Assembly: GCA_024103275.1 (NCBI GenBank)
Contig: JAGFIV010000094.1
Location: 1,508 to 65,507 of the forward strand
DNA: 64,000 nucleotides
Origin: Flavobacteriales bacterium
GTDB lineage: Bacteria; Bacteroidota; Bacteroidia; Flavobacteriales_F; PHOS-HE28
Reading direction: 5' to 3'
Under the pieces are notes generated by a model that made no database searches, was not told where the DNA came from, and saw only the letters and a program-made list of their open reading frames with translations. Numbering within the stretch: the stretch's first letter is position 1; every line of letters starts with the position of its first letter. A program made the translations under genes and the position numbers. Below are positions 8,345-18,746 of the stretch, one piece after another.

Positions 8345-10494
8345 TACTTGATGCTGTACAACACCTCCTGGTTCACCCGCACGGGATATTTGGCGCGAAG
8401 CTCCTTGATCCAATCTTTCTCCAGTTGGTCCTGATAGGCCGCCGTAACCAGGCCGCGGGCCTCATTCAACGGCTTGGGCGTGGGTTGCACCACCTTTTTC
8501 AAGTCGGCGAAGACGACCTTCCCGTCCTGCTGCATGTCCGCCGTCAGCCCCGGCATCGTAACGTCCTTCAGGACCGGCTTCTCCTCACGGGTGAACAAGC
8601 CTGATTCAATGGACAAGGCCTTGGGATCGTTCTTGTTCACCACCGCCAACAGGTCCTCTCCGCGCTTGCCCTTCTTCAACAGCCCGCGCACCTGCTTGTC
8701 CACGGCCGCGTCGGCGCACGTGTAGATATCCGCCTCGTACCGCACCGGGTACATGAAGTCGAATTTGTGCGCTTCATAGTAGGCGTCCAACCCGGCGGTG
8801 TCCTGGACGGCCTTGCTCCAAACCATCTTGTCCGTGAGCTCGAACAACAGGATACCGTCCCGGTACTCCTTCATCAGCTGGCGGAACTCCGGGTATTTTT
8901 CTTCCAGGCGGGAATCCTCGTAGGCCAGCAACCGGTCATCCACGAACGCGTCAAACTGCTCCTTCACGTACTGGTTGAACGGCCTGGCTTCCTCCTTCCG
9001 CTGCTTCCGCGCAATGAAGTCCAGGAGGTCCGTCTGGGTGTACTCCTTGCCGTCGATGGAGAACACCGGCTTGGTGAGCTTGGCGTTCTTCTGCTCGTCG
9101 TTGGCCCAGCCCCGCTGGGTGTCGCGGACGATCACCGTGTCGGCCGGATCGGGCACGGGCGCATCCTCCTTGCGGGTGAGGGAACTCACGAACTTGCCGT
9201 CCTTGATCATGCCGCTGATGGTGCGGACGTACTTGATCCCGTTGCGCACCACGGTCCCGTCGCCGACATCCTTCCGCAGCAAGGTGTCCGACAGGATGGT
9301 GCCTTTCATGAACACCGTGCCGTCCAATGCCTTCTCGACCGCCGCCAGGTTTTTCGGGTATTCCTTGAAGTGGTATTCGCTGCGGAGGTCCGTCAGGAAC
9401 TTCTTCCGGGTGATCTCCGCCCGGCTGTCGTGGGAGATCTTGTTCTTCAACTCCGCCTTGGCCTGTTCAAAGGTGGGCGGAGGGGCGTAGCTCAGCCGCT
9501 TTACGATATGCCATCCATAGGGGGTCTTGAACGGCACGCTGATGTCTCCGTCGTGCTTCAAGGCAAAGGCCTTGGCCTCGAACTCGGGGATCATTTTCCC
9601 CGTGCTGAAAGGTGGCAGCTCCCCCCCTTTGGCGCTGGTGGCCGCGTCGTCGCTATACCTCAGCGCGGCATCGGCGAAGCTCATTTCCCCGCTCTTGATC
9701 CGGTTGTACGCCTCCTCGATCTTGGCCTCGGCGGCTGCCTGTTTCTCCGGTCCGTCCTCGTCCGTGGACCGGATCATGATGTGGGCCACCGTCAGCTCGC
9801 CCTGCGCGGGCCTGCGGTCGGCTACCTTGATGATGTGGTATCCGAACTTCGTGCGCACCGGCTGGCTCACCTGCCCCACCGGCGTGCCGTAGGCAGCGGT
9901 CTCGAAGGGATAGACCATCTGCAGCACGCTGAAGTAGCCCAAGTCGCCGCCGTTGGTCTTCACGCTGGGATCATCACTTCCCCCGGGGCCTTGCGCCACC
10001 TTGGCGAAATCCTCGCCCGCGGCCACCCGGGCACGAAGGGCCATGATACGCTTCCAGGCCGCCAAGGTGTCCTCCGGGCTGGCATCGGGCGCCAGGCTGA
10101 CCAGGATATGGCTGGCGCGGATCTCCTCGCCCTTGCGGGCAAAGGCCTCCTGCATCAATTGGTCGTTCAGCCCGCGATCGATCAGGTAGGGCCGCGCCAA
10201 CTGCTGGCGGTAGCCCATCAGCTCGGTCTTGAATTTGACCGCCGTGTCCAGGCCGGCCGCCTCCGCGGCCCGCACCTTCAGCTTGTAGTTGATGAACAGG
10301 TCCAGGTATTCATCCAACGCCTCCTTGGTCACCGGCGCATCCTTGTTGTTCTTCTTGTAAATGGCCTCGAATTCGCTCCGGGACACGGGCTGGCCGTCCA
10401 CCGTCATGAGCACCGGGTCGCCGGCCGTGTCCTGGGCCATCGCCCCGAGCATGGCCGTACCCATCACCCAAGCGGACAGAATGCGTTTCATCAT
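8344..10494 (-). CDS. PpiD/SurA-like peptidyl-prolyl isomerase with parvulin domains
   Basis: Track ORF 8344..10635. Start reset to ATG 10494 or 10491, which gives MMKRILSAWVMGTAMLGAMAQ. Two parvulin-like segments: GGDLGYFSVLQMVYPFETAAY...KFGYHIIKV and GGELPPFSTGKMIPEFEAKAF...PYGWHIVK. Confidence 0.8.
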   Translation of the reverse strand: MMKRILSAWVMGTAMLGAMAQDTAGDPVLMTVDGQPVSRSEFEAIYKKNNKDAPVTKEALDEYLDLFINYKLKVRAAEAAGLDTAVKFKTELMGYRQQLARPYLIDRGLNDQLMQEAFARKGEEIRASHILVSLAPDASPEDTLAAWKRIMALRARVAAGEDFAKVAQGPGGSDDPSVKTNGGDLGYFSVLQMVYPFETAAYGTPVGQVSQPVRTKFGYHIIKVADRRPAQGELTVAHIMIRSTDEDGPEKQAAAEAKIEEAYNRIKSGEMSFADAALRYSDDAATSAKGGELPPFSTGKMIPEFEAKAFALKHDGDISVPFKTPYGWHIVKRLSYAPPPTFEQAKAELKNKISHDSRAEITRKKFLTDLRSEYHFKEYPKNLAAVEKALDGTVFMKGTILSDTLLRKDVGDGTVVRNGIKYVRTISGMIKDGKFVSSLTRKEDAPVPDPADTVIVRDTQRGWANDEQKNAKLTKPVFSIDGKEYTQTDLLDFIARKQRKEEARPFNQYVKEQFDAFVDDRLLAYEDSRLEEKYPEFRQLMKEYRDGILLFELTDKMVWSKAVQDTAGLDAYYEAHKFDFMYPVRYEADIYTCADAAVDKQVRGLLKKGKRGEDLLAVVNKNDPKALSIESGLFTREEKPVLKDVTMPGLTADMQQDGKVVFADLKKVVQPTPKPLNEARGLVTAAYQDQLEKDWIKELRAKYPVRVNQEVLYSIK

Positions 10495-10518
10495 ATTCAA
10501 TGGCATTGAAAAGGACGG

Positions 10519-10526
10519 CAAATGTA
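10519..10526 (-). promoter_or_regulatory. Bacteroidetes-type -7 promoter box TACATTTG (TAnnTTTG) upstream of the PpiD-like gene
   Basis: Plus strand reads caaatgta, which is TACATTTG on the minus strand, 24 nt upstream of ATG 10494. Confidence 0.4.
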
Positions 10527-10527
10527 A

Positions 10528-10556
10528 CCTGCGGGCCCGGAGGCCCTTCCCGCAGG
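10528..10556 (-). terminator. Stem-loop downstream of der (candidate terminator)
   Basis: Perfect 8-bp stem CCTGCGGG/CCCGCAGG with a 13-nt loop. On the minus strand it is followed by TTACATTT and preceded by an A-run. It lies 76 nt past the der stop. Confidence 0.35.
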
Positions 10557-10631
10557 CCCTTTTCCCGTCGTTAATAAGATCCAAGCACAGCGGGGCCGGG
10601 AACCCGGCCCGGGTCCCGCGGCTGGGGATGC

Positions 10632-11936
10632 TCACTTCCTGCGGAAGAAGACGCGGACAGGCACCCCGGTGAAGGTGAAATGCTCGCGCAATTTGTTCTC
10701 CAGGAACCGCACGTAATCCTCCCTGACATATTGCGGCAGGTTGCAGAAAAAGGCGAATGCGGGCACCACGCCGGGCAATTGTTTCACGAACTTGATCCTC
10801 ACCAGTTTGCCCTTGACCGTCGGGGGGGGGCGCCGCGCTATCTCCGGCAGCAGCGCCTCATTCAGCTTGCTGGTGGATATCCGTTGCGACCGGTTCGCAT
10901 ACACTTCCATGGCCAGTTCCAAGGTTTTGTGTATCCGTTGCTTGTTGATCACGGAGGTGAACACGATGGGCAGGTCCGTAAAGGGTTCCAGCCGCCGCCT
11001 TACCTCCGCTTCATAGTCCTTCGCGGTACGGGTGTCCTTGGTGATCAGGTCCCACTTGTTGACCACCACCACCACGCCCTTGCCCGCCTCGGCGATCAAT
11101 CCGAAGATGTGCTTGTCCTGATGTTGCACGCCCTCCTGGGCATCGATCAACAGCAGGCATACGTCGCTCTCCTCGATGGCGCGCACGCTGCGCAGCATGC
11201 TGTAGAACTCGATGTTTTCCTCCGCCTTGCGCTTGCGCCTGATCCCGGCCGTGTCCAGCAGGGTGACATCAAACCCGAAGCCGGTGTACCGGCTGTGGAT
11301 GTTGTCGCGCGTGGTGCCCGCCCTGTCGGTCACGATATGCCGCTCCACGCCCAACAGGGTGTTCACCAAGGAGGATTTCCCCACATTGGGCCTGCCCACC
11401 ACCGCGATCTTCGGCCGATCGTCCCCGACCGGATCGGCGGGCTTGCTGAAGGTGCCCACCAGGTCATCCAGCAGGTCGCCCGTACCGGCCCCGCTCTGGG
11501 CGCTGATCGAATGGACCTGGCCCAGGCCGAGCTTGTAGAATTCAGCGGTGTAGACCTCCTTGTCGGAGACATCCACCTTGTTGGCCACCAGGAAGACCGG
11601 CTTGCCTTGGCGGCGCAACAGCGATGCAACCTCCTCGTCCATGGCCGTCAAGCCTTCACGGACATCCACCAGGAAAAGGATGCTGTCCGCTTCTTCAATG
11701 GCCAGCTCCACCTGTTTGCGGATCTCGGCCTCGAAAAGGTCGTCCCCGCCTTGCACATATCCCCCCGTATCGATGACGGAAAAATGCTTGCCGCCCCACT
11801 CCGCCCATCCATAATGGCGATCACGGGTGGTGCCCGCCGTGGGATGCGTGATCGCCACCCGCCCCTCCACCAACCGGTTGAAGAGCGTGCTTTTGCCGAC
11901 GTTGGGACGTCCTACAAGCGCTACGATGTTTGCCAT
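10632..11936 (-). CDS. der: Ribosome-biogenesis GTPase Der (EngA), with two G domains
   Basis: 434 aa, ATG verified. GRPNVGKST occurs twice (N-terminal, and again as GRPNVGKSS). Both NKVD and NKWD G4 motifs are present, plus a KH-like C-terminus. Confidence 0.95.
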   Translation of the reverse strand: MANIVALVGRPNVGKSTLFNRLVEGRVAITHPTAGTTRDRHYGWAEWGGKHFSVIDTGGYVQGGDDLFEAEIRKQVELAIEEADSILFLVDVREGLTAMDEEVASLLRRQGKPVFLVANKVDVSDKEVYTAEFYKLGLGQVHSISAQSGAGTGDLLDDLVGTFSKPADPVGDDRPKIAVVGRPNVGKSSLVNTLLGVERHIVTDRAGTTRDNIHSRYTGFGFDVTLLDTAGIRRKRKAEENIEFYSMLRSVRAIEESDVCLLLIDAQEGVQHQDKHIFGLIAEAGKGVVVVVNKWDLITKDTRTAKDYEAEVRRRLEPFTDLPIVFTSVINKQRIHKTLELAMEVYANRSQRISTSKLNEALLPEIARRPPPTVKGKLVRIKFVKQLPGVVPAFAFFCNLPQYVREDYVRFLENKLREHFTFTGVPVRVFFRRK

Positions 11937-11987
11937 GGTGGTATGCCTTGATCCTGGTTGGCCGTCGGACCGGGGGTCGGCGCTGCT

Positions 11988-12866
11988 TCAGTACCCATAT
12001 TGCCGCAATTTGCGGTCGTCGCCGCGCCAGTTCTCATCCACCCTCACCTTCAGGTCCAGGAAGACCTTGTTGGAAATGAACCTCTCGATGGCCTTGCGGG
12101 CCTCCACCCCCAACTGGCGGAGGGCGCCGCCGCCTTTGCCGATGAGGATCCCCTTCTGGCCCTCGCGCATCACCACCACGTCCGCCTGGACCTTTACCAG
12201 CTCCGGGGATTCCTCGTAGCTGTTCACCACCACTTGGCAACTGTACGGTATTTCCTGTTTGTACAGCCGCAGGATCTTTTCGCGGATGATCTCGCTGATG
12301 AAGAAGCGCACGTCCCTGTCGCTGAGGTCATCCTTGGGGAAATAGGGCGGGTGCTCCGGCAGCATCCGGATCAATTTGGTGCGCAAAAGGCCGATGTGCA
12401 ACCCGTGCAAGGCCGAGATGGGCAACACCTCGGCCCCGGGGAATGTGGCATGCCATTGTTCCACCGCCTCTTCGAGCTGCCGCCCATCGCCTTGATCCAC
12501 CTTGTTCACCAGCACCACCATGGGACCTTTGTAGCGGCGTGCCCTGGCCACCAATCCTTCCGAGGTGGCCGGCCGATCCCCGATCTCCACCATCACCAGC
12601 AGGACATCCGCATCCTTCAAGGCCTCGTCCACGGCCTGCATCATGCTCTCCTGCAGCTTGTACGCAGGCTCCAAGATCCCCGGCGTGTCGGACAGGATCA
12701 ACTGGTGCTCATCACCGTTGAGGATGCCCAGGATGCGGTGGCGGGTGGTCTGTGCCTTGGCATTCACGATCACGAGATTTTCCCCGAGCAGGGCATTCAG
12801 CAAGGTGCTCTTCCCCACGTTGGGCTTCCCGATGATGTTTACGTACCCCGCACGGTGCTCCATCAT
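11988..12866 (-). CDS. era: GTPase Era
   Basis: 292 aa. Motifs: GKPNVGKSTLLN, DTPG and NKVD. The C-terminal KH region includes KGILIGKGGGALRQLG. Confidence 0.95.
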   Translation of the reverse strand: MMEHRAGYVNIIGKPNVGKSTLLNALLGENLVIVNAKAQTTRHRILGILNGDEHQLILSDTPGILEPAYKLQESMMQAVDEALKDADVLLVMVEIGDRPATSEGLVARARRYKGPMVVLVNKVDQGDGRQLEEAVEQWHATFPGAEVLPISALHGLHIGLLRTKLIRMLPEHPPYFPKDDLSDRDVRFFISEIIREKILRLYKQEIPYSCQVVVNSYEESPELVKVQADVVVMREGQKGILIGKGGGALRQLGVEARKAIERFISNKVFLDLKVRVDENWRGDDRKLRQYGY

Positions 12867-12927
12867 GGATGCGTTGATGTGGACGTCCCACGAACAAAGA
12901 AGCCCGGCTTGGCGACCGGGCTTCCCT

Positions 12928-13003
<76 letters not shown>

Positions 13004-13012
13004 ATAGGGGCG

Positions 13013-13020
13013 CAAAGGTA
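13013..13020 (-). promoter_or_regulatory. -7 promoter box TACCTTTG upstream of tRNA-Met
   Basis: Plus strand reads caaaggta, a perfect TAnnTTTG on the minus strand, ending 9 nt before the tRNA 5' end. Confidence 0.45.
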
Positions 13021-13216
13021 TTCCTTTTTCCCAAATGCGATTCTACATGCGCGAACGACTTGGGGCCAACGCGCTCCCCGAGGGGCCTTGCAGGCCGTCG
13101 GAGGGGGCGCGGGTCTCATTGATGACCGTTCCGGCAAGGGGGAATTGATCTGTGGATGATCTTCAGGGTCTTCCCTAAAAACCAAATGCCTTGGTCCATG
13201 GTCCACGTTCGCAGGG

Positions 13217-15160
13217 TCAACCGGCCGCTGATGCCTGGCCGGATCCTTCCCCGTCCAGTTCCTCCGCCTCCAAGGCCGCAGCCTCCCACGCCTCCATGGT
13301 GTCGGCGATCTCCTTCGCCAACTCGCCCAAGCGCTCGTAGCCCTGCTGCACCTCCTCCGGGGTCCGGCCATTCTTCATGACCTCGGCCTGAAGCGCCTTT
13401 TCCTCCCGTTCCAGCCCGGCCAACTTTTCCTCGAGCCGCTCCACGTTCCGGCGCACCCGCCGGAATTCCTTTTCCCGCCCGCGCTGCTCACCGCCCTTGT
13501 CAGGCTTCACCTTCTTCTCGCGCTCGCGCGCCGAGCTGCGCCCGATGTCCGCCGTTTGCAGCGCCTTGCGCTTCTCGATCAATTCCAGGATGTCCAAATG
13601 CTGGTCGCGGATCCGCCGATCGTCCAGTTCCAGCAGCCTATCGGTCAGGCCGGTGAGGAAATCCCGGTCATGGCTCACCAGCAGGAAGGTGCCGTTGTAG
13701 TTCTTCAACGCCTCCTTGAGGACATCCTTGCTGGGGATGTCCAAATGGTGGGTGGGCTCGTCCAGGATCAGGAAGTTCAACGGCTTGAGCAGCATGCAGC
13801 ACAGCGCCAGCCTGGCCCGTTCGCCCCCGCTGAGCACCTTCACCTTCTTGTCCACGTCGTCGCCGCTGAACATGAAGGCCCCCAGCATGGCCCTTACCCT
13901 TGGGCGGTTTTCCTCGCTGGCGGCATCCTCGGCGGTTTCCAGGACGGTGTATTGGGGCACCATCCGTTCCGGCATGTCCTGGGCATAGTACCCCACGATC
14001 ACGTTGTGGCCCAGGCGGATCTCCCCTTCATAGGGTTCTTCACCCATGATCATGCGCACCAGCGTGGACTTCCCTGTCCCGTTGGCGCCCACCAGCGCCA
14101 GATGCTCGCCCTTGGCGATGGTGAGTTCCGCATGATCGAAGATCCGCTTGGGCCCATACGCCTTGGAAACCCCGATCACCTCGCAGACCAATTTGCCACT
14201 GGCCGGTGCCGGGGGGAACTTGACCAGCATTTTGCGCAGATCCTCGTCCTCGACCTCGATCCGCTCCAGTTTGTTGAGCTTGGTGATCAGGCTTTGGGCG
14301 AACGCTGCCTTGCTGGCCTTCGCCCTGAATTTGTTGATCAGTGCCTCCGTTTCGCGGATATAGCGCTCCTGTTCCTTCGCCGCCGCGGTTTGTTGCTCCC
14401 TCTCCACCTTGCGCAGCTCCACATACTGGCTCCAAGGGACCTTGCGATCGATCAAGGTGCCGTTGCTGACCTCCAAGGTCCTCCTGGTCAGGCGGTCCAG
14501 GAAGGTCTTGTCGTGGCTGATGAGCACCAGTGCGGCCGGATACGTGCGCAGCAGGTCTTCCAGCCATTGGATGGCGGGCAGGTCCAGGTGGTTGGTGGGC
14601 TCGTCCAGCAACAGCAGGTCCGGGCGGACAAGAAGGATGCGGGCCAGCTCCGCGCGCATGCGCCATCCGCCGCTGAGCTCGTGCATGGGACGGTGCATAT
14701 CGGGCTCCGCGAACCCGATGCCTTTGAGCATCCGTTCGACCTTCATATCCCGGTCCGACGCACCCAGCGTATTCAGCCTTTCATGTGCGTGGGCCAGTTG
14801 TTCCGCCAGTTCCATGGCCCGGGCATCACTGGTCGCCTGTTCGAGCTCCTGGCCAATTCGCGCAATGTCCTCCTCGACCTTGCTGCTCTCCGCAAATGCC
14901 TTGCCCGCCACCTGCCAAGGCGTCAGTTCCAGGTCATGGTCCATCTGCTGCGGCAGGTAGCCTATGGTCAGGTCCTTCGGCCGGCCGATGGACCCTTGGT
15001 CATAGGGCTGCAACCCGGCCAGGATCTTCATCAGGGTGCTTTTCCCTGCACCGTTCCGGCCCACCAGCCCGATGCGGTCGTCATTCCCGATGAAGAAGGA
15101 GACGTTATCCAATAGGGCCCGCTCCCCAAAGTGGAGCAACAGGTTGTTGACACTGATCAT
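13217..15160 (-). CDS. ABC-F family ATPase (two ABC cassettes, C-terminal coiled coil; Uup/YheS-like)
   Basis: Track ORF 13217..15190. Start reset to ATG 15160 (MISVNNLLLHFGERALL). Two Walker A motifs (GRNGAGKST, GANGTGKST) and two LSGG signatures. There are no transmembrane segments. The tail is charged (EKLAGLEREEKALQAEV). Confidence 0.9.
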   Translation of the reverse strand: MISVNNLLLHFGERALLDNVSFFIGNDDRIGLVGRNGAGKSTLMKILAGLQPYDQGSIGRPKDLTIGYLPQQMDHDLELTPWQVAGKAFAESSKVEEDIARIGQELEQATSDARAMELAEQLAHAHERLNTLGASDRDMKVERMLKGIGFAEPDMHRPMHELSGGWRMRAELARILLVRPDLLLLDEPTNHLDLPAIQWLEDLLRTYPAALVLISHDKTFLDRLTRRTLEVSNGTLIDRKVPWSQYVELRKVEREQQTAAAKEQERYIRETEALINKFRAKASKAAFAQSLITKLNKLERIEVEDEDLRKMLVKFPPAPASGKLVCEVIGVSKAYGPKRIFDHAELTIAKGEHLALVGANGTGKSTLVRMIMGEEPYEGEIRLGHNVIVGYYAQDMPERMVPQYTVLETAEDAASEENRPRVRAMLGAFMFSGDDVDKKVKVLSGGERARLALCCMLLKPLNFLILDEPTHHLDIPSKDVLKEALKNYNGTFLLVSHDRDFLTGLTDRLLELDDRRIRDQHLDILELIEKRKALQTADIGRSSAREREKKVKPDKGGEQRGREKEFRRVRRNVERLEEKLAGLEREEKALQAEVMKNGRTPEEVQQGYERLGELAKEIADTMEAWEAAALEAEELDGEGSGQASAAG

Positions 15161-15172
15161 TTTTTCGGGCGG

Positions 15173-15180
15173 CAAAGGTA
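15173..15180 (-). promoter_or_regulatory. -7 promoter box TACCTTTG upstream of the ABC-F gene
   Basis: Plus strand reads caaaggta, 12 nt upstream of ATG 15160. This implies a very short leader. Confidence 0.4.
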
Positions 15181-15234
15181 TGGCGCACACCCACGGCCGG
15201 GGCCGAAGCCAGGCCAGGAAGGTCCGTGAACGGC

Positions 15235-15261
15235 GAAGGGTCCCCGTGAGAGGGACCCTTC
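15235..15261 (-). terminator. Stem-loop just after gldN (candidate operon terminator)
   Basis: Perfect 10-bp stem GAAGGGTCCC/GGGACCCTTC with a 7-nt loop, 27 nt downstream of the gldN stop. No clear U-run. Confidence 0.4.
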
Positions 15262-15287
15262 TTCATGGGCATTGGCCGCAACGGCGA

Positions 15288-16145
15288 TCAGAAATTCCAA
15301 AGGTCGTGCTCGAAGTTGAAGAGCATCTCCTTGATCTCCTCTCCTTCCAGCAGGGCATCTATCCCCGTCTTGTATTCCACGATCTTGCGGTCGTACACAT
15401 TGCTCACCTTGGTGATGGTGCTGTTGAACTGGCGCGCCCAGAACACGTGGTCGAAGGAGCGGCGCTCCGCATCATTCTCCCGGTTGAAGACCTCCCAGTT
15501 GACCAGGACATAACGCAACTCCGGGAAATACAGCCAGAACAAGGGGGTATAGCCCCGCACCTCCCCTTCATCGCCCTTGTTCTCGATCATCGGGCAGATG
15601 CCGATGATGCGGATGTCCATCACGGAACGTTGACGGTCGAAGACCCAATCCTCCTTGAGGACGTACTTCACCACGTCGGCGCTCTTCACTTCCGTGGTGG
15701 TCAGGGCAGGCTCCAGTTCTCCCGTCTCCAGGTTTGCCGTCCAAACGGTGTCCGAGTGGAAGAGCATTTCCTTGACATCGTTGGGGAGCATCGGTTTGGT
15801 GAACTCGTCATCGGTGGCCGTCGGCCCGGGGTCGTATGCCGTGATGGACCCGTCCTCCAGGATGCCTTGCTTGATCACATCAAAAAGGCTCTTCCGGTCC
15901 TTGATCGGCTCGGTGGGATAGTACAACGGCAGGTTGATCTTTTCACGCAGGTCGATCTCCCTCCAGACCCTTCGTTCCCACATCACGTCCGCCTGGCGGA
16001 CATGCGGATAAGGCACCACCCGCTGCGTGGTGGTGTGTTCCTTGATGTAGGCCCCGTCCAGTACCGTTTGGGCCTGGCCCGCCGGGGCCACGGCAAGCCC
16101 CGCAGCCAACAGGGTGCCGAACAGCATGCAACGGGAGATCTTCAT
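15288..16145 (-). CDS. gldN: T9SS/gliding motility protein GldN (PorN)
   Basis: 285 aa with a signal peptide. QRVVPYPHVRQADVMWERRVWREIDLREKINLPLYYP is typical of GldN. It is the last gene of the gldKLMN block. Confidence 0.9.
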   Translation of the reverse strand: MKISRCMLFGTLLAAGLAVAPAGQAQTVLDGAYIKEHTTTQRVVPYPHVRQADVMWERRVWREIDLREKINLPLYYPTEPIKDRKSLFDVIKQGILEDGSITAYDPGPTATDDEFTKPMLPNDVKEMLFHSDTVWTANLETGELEPALTTTEVKSADVVKYVLKEDWVFDRQRSVMDIRIIGICPMIENKGDEGEVRGYTPLFWLYFPELRYVLVNWEVFNRENDAERRSFDHVFWARQFNSTITKVSNVYDRKIVEYKTGIDALLEGEEIKEMLFNFEHDLWNF

Positions 16146-16164
16146 GGGATAGGCTATTTCGTGA

Positions 16165-17808
16165 TCAGATCACCTTGAATGAAAGTGCCCCAAGGTTCCG
16201 CGTGGTGCCATCGGGCCCCCTGGCCTTGATGTTCTCGATGAACACCTTCTGGCCCACCTTCACCCGTTCCAGCATCTGCTTGGCATCATCGCTAAGGGCC
16301 GCACCGGAGCAGGGCCTTTCCAGGAAGTTGCCGGCGATGGTGGACGACACGGTGTACCCCACCACCTCAAACTTCAGGTCGAACTCGAAGTTCTCCATCC
16401 GGGCCAACACCCCGCGTGTAGCGATCAACTCGCTCTTCTTGATCGTGTTGTCATTCACCCCCTTGGTCCCGAAATAGGGCGTCGGGTTGGGAACGTTCTT
16501 CACCCGGAACGGAACCCCCGGCAACGCCTTCTTGGTTCCGTCCGGGTTGGTCACGCTCACGCTCACCACCGCCTCGTTGCCCGATCCGGGCTTGACGATG
16601 TACCCATCGCTGGACCTTGACAGGCTGCCATTGGTCATGCTGGGCTGGATGGCGCTCGCACTGTAGCCGGCCACACTGATGCTCACCGGGTTGTCCACGC
16701 CTCGGTAGAACACGTTCATCTTCGTGGGGCTTACCACCAGGCTTGGGGCCGCGACCTCATACTCCAATTTGAAGGGCTCCACCTGCAGTTCGCCGCCCAC
16801 AGGCTTGAACTTGATGATGCCGGTGACCGTCTTCAGGCCGGCGCTGCTGGCCGGTTCCTCGAAGATGGCCTTGGCCCCTTCCATGGGCAGTGTCTTTCCT
16901 TCACCGATGATGGTCGGGGGCTTGCTGGTGGAATCCACCTTGCCCACGATCACTTCCGGCGCGTTCTGGTCATCGTAGGCACCCAGGAAGATGCTCGCCC
17001 GGTATGTGCCGCCCACGGTCACGTATGAACTCAGCGGCTGGGTGATGGCCGTAAGCTTGTTGAACTTGAAGCTTTCCTGCTCCACGCCCCCCAGCATTTG
17101 GGCCACCAGCTCGTTCTCCATGGTCCGGATGTCCGTTTGGATCCGGGACAGGGCCGTGACCCCGGCCGCCAAGGGAACATGGTAGAAATTCATGGACTCC
17201 CAGTTGTTCATCGTGCCGCCGGCATCCTTCCGGTCCTCGAAGTTGAACATCCGGTCGGCGCTGGCCTGCAACTTGGGGTCTTCCGGCGCGGCGGCTTTCA
17301 CCTTGTCGCGGAACTGCTCCAACATCATCTTCAGTTGGCGGGCACTATTCTTGGTATCCTTGGGCGTGCCGGGCTCGGAGCCGACCAGCACGTCGGTGAT
17401 CACGTCGTAGTTGTCGCGCTTGCCGACGTAGGAGAGGTCCAGCACCGTATCCACGCCATTGTCCGTGCCCATCACTTTTTCCATGGGAAGGCCTTCGGTC
17501 TCGGAGATGACCAGCCCCTTCAGGGAATCGATGTGTGCCACGATCCCGGAGGCCAGTTTCTGGATCTCCTGGGCTGATGCCCAGGCCGCGCCGTATTTCG
17601 CGGGGTTTTCCCTGGCCCGGTCCTGGAACGTGGCATAGGTCGCGTCCATCTTCGATTTGAACGTAGCCTTGGTGTTCTCCAGGCCCTGGTTCACGGTGAT
17701 GAAGCTGTCGATGATCTCCTTGGATACGTTCAGCGCCAGGAGCGCCGTCAGCACCAAGTACATCATATTGATCATTTTCTGCCTCGGGGACAGATTGGCA
17801 CCTGCCAT
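16165..17808 (-). CDS. gldM: T9SS/gliding motility protein GldM (PorM)
   Basis: 547 aa. The N-terminus SPRQKMINMMYLVLTALLALNVSKEI is the conserved GldM transmembrane helix. Confidence 0.92.
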   Translation of the reverse strand: MAGANLSPRQKMINMMYLVLTALLALNVSKEIIDSFITVNQGLENTKATFKSKMDATYATFQDRARENPAKYGAAWASAQEIQKLASGIVAHIDSLKGLVISETEGLPMEKVMGTDNGVDTVLDLSYVGKRDNYDVITDVLVGSEPGTPKDTKNSARQLKMMLEQFRDKVKAAAPEDPKLQASADRMFNFEDRKDAGGTMNNWESMNFYHVPLAAGVTALSRIQTDIRTMENELVAQMLGGVEQESFKFNKLTAITQPLSSYVTVGGTYRASIFLGAYDDQNAPEVIVGKVDSTSKPPTIIGEGKTLPMEGAKAIFEEPASSAGLKTVTGIIKFKPVGGELQVEPFKLEYEVAAPSLVVSPTKMNVFYRGVDNPVSISVAGYSASAIQPSMTNGSLSRSSDGYIVKPGSGNEAVVSVSVTNPDGTKKALPGVPFRVKNVPNPTPYFGTKGVNDNTIKKSELIATRGVLARMENFEFDLKFEVVGYTVSSTIAGNFLERPCSGAALSDDAKQMLERVKVGQKVFIENIKARGPDGTTRNLGALSFKVI

Positions 17809-17852
17809 TTCGTGGTCTGTTCGGTTAGGTTAAAATCGATGTTTCCCCCCTA

Positions 17853-18644
17853 TCAGGCACGAACGGTCATGGCGGCCAGCATATTGCCGTAGACCGTGTT
17901 CAGCTTGGCCAGGTTGTCGCTCAGCTCGGAGATGTTGTCCTTGTAGCGCTTGGTGTCGTTCACGCTTTCGCTGAGGTTGGTGAGCATCTCGCTCATTCCG
18001 GCGAACATTTGGTTGGCCGCATCGAGCTTCTCGCGGCTGGTGCGCAACTGCAGCTCGTACATCTCGTTGAGGTCGCTCAGGTTCTTGCTCATGCGGCCCA
18101 GGCTTTCCCCGGCGCTGCGCCCAGCCTCCATATTGCCGGTAAGGCCGGCCAGGCTTGCGCTCGCCTTCTCGTAACTGTCGCTCAGCACGTTCACCCGGCT
18201 TGATGCACCCTTCAAGCTCTCGGCATACTCACTGGTGGCCGCGGCGGCGCCGGTGATCTCACCCATGGCCCGCGCCTGGTCGCTCAGGCTGCGCATGCCG
18301 TCGCCAAGGCTTTGGATCAGCTCCGGTTCGATCTTGGCGCTTTCCAGCATATCATCAAGCTGCTCTGTGATGGAGCGCTGGTCGTCAGTCTTGAAATCCT
18401 CCCCGATGGCATGGTCTGCCGATGCCAGCTCGGGGTACACCAAGCTCCAATCGGGTTCTTCGTGCGGCGGCTCCCATGCCGAGAAAAAGAAGATGATGGC
18501 CTCCGTGCTCAAGCCGGCCACCAGGAAGAGACCTGCCCCGGGATAGTGCTGGATCTTGAACAATGCACCGATGAGCACGACCGACGCGCCCCATCCGTAC
18601 AGTTTGGCCATGAAGTTCTTCCACCTTTTGCTGCCTGGTTTCAT
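17853..18644 (-). CDS. gldL: T9SS/gliding motility protein GldL (PorL)
   Basis: 263 aa. Two N-terminal transmembrane helices (KLYGWGASVVLIGALFKIQHYPGAGLFLVAGLSTEAIIFFFSAWEP) are followed by a coiled-coil tail. Confidence 0.92.
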   Translation of the reverse strand: MKPGSKRWKNFMAKLYGWGASVVLIGALFKIQHYPGAGLFLVAGLSTEAIIFFFSAWEPPHEEPDWSLVYPELASADHAIGEDFKTDDQRSITEQLDDMLESAKIEPELIQSLGDGMRSLSDQARAMGEITGAAAATSEYAESLKGASSRVNVLSDSYEKASASLAGLTGNMEAGRSAGESLGRMSKNLSDLNEMYELQLRTSREKLDAANQMFAGMSEMLTNLSESVNDTKRYKDNISELSDNLAKLNTVYGNMLAAMTVRA

Positions 18645-18746
18645 GTTGGTTTTTCCTTGCTTAGGGTTATTGCGGTTTTTCCTTCCTTGGTTCCCGACCG
18701 TTCGGCCAGGCGGTTCCGGAACCTGGCCGAGGGTCGCTAGATCGCG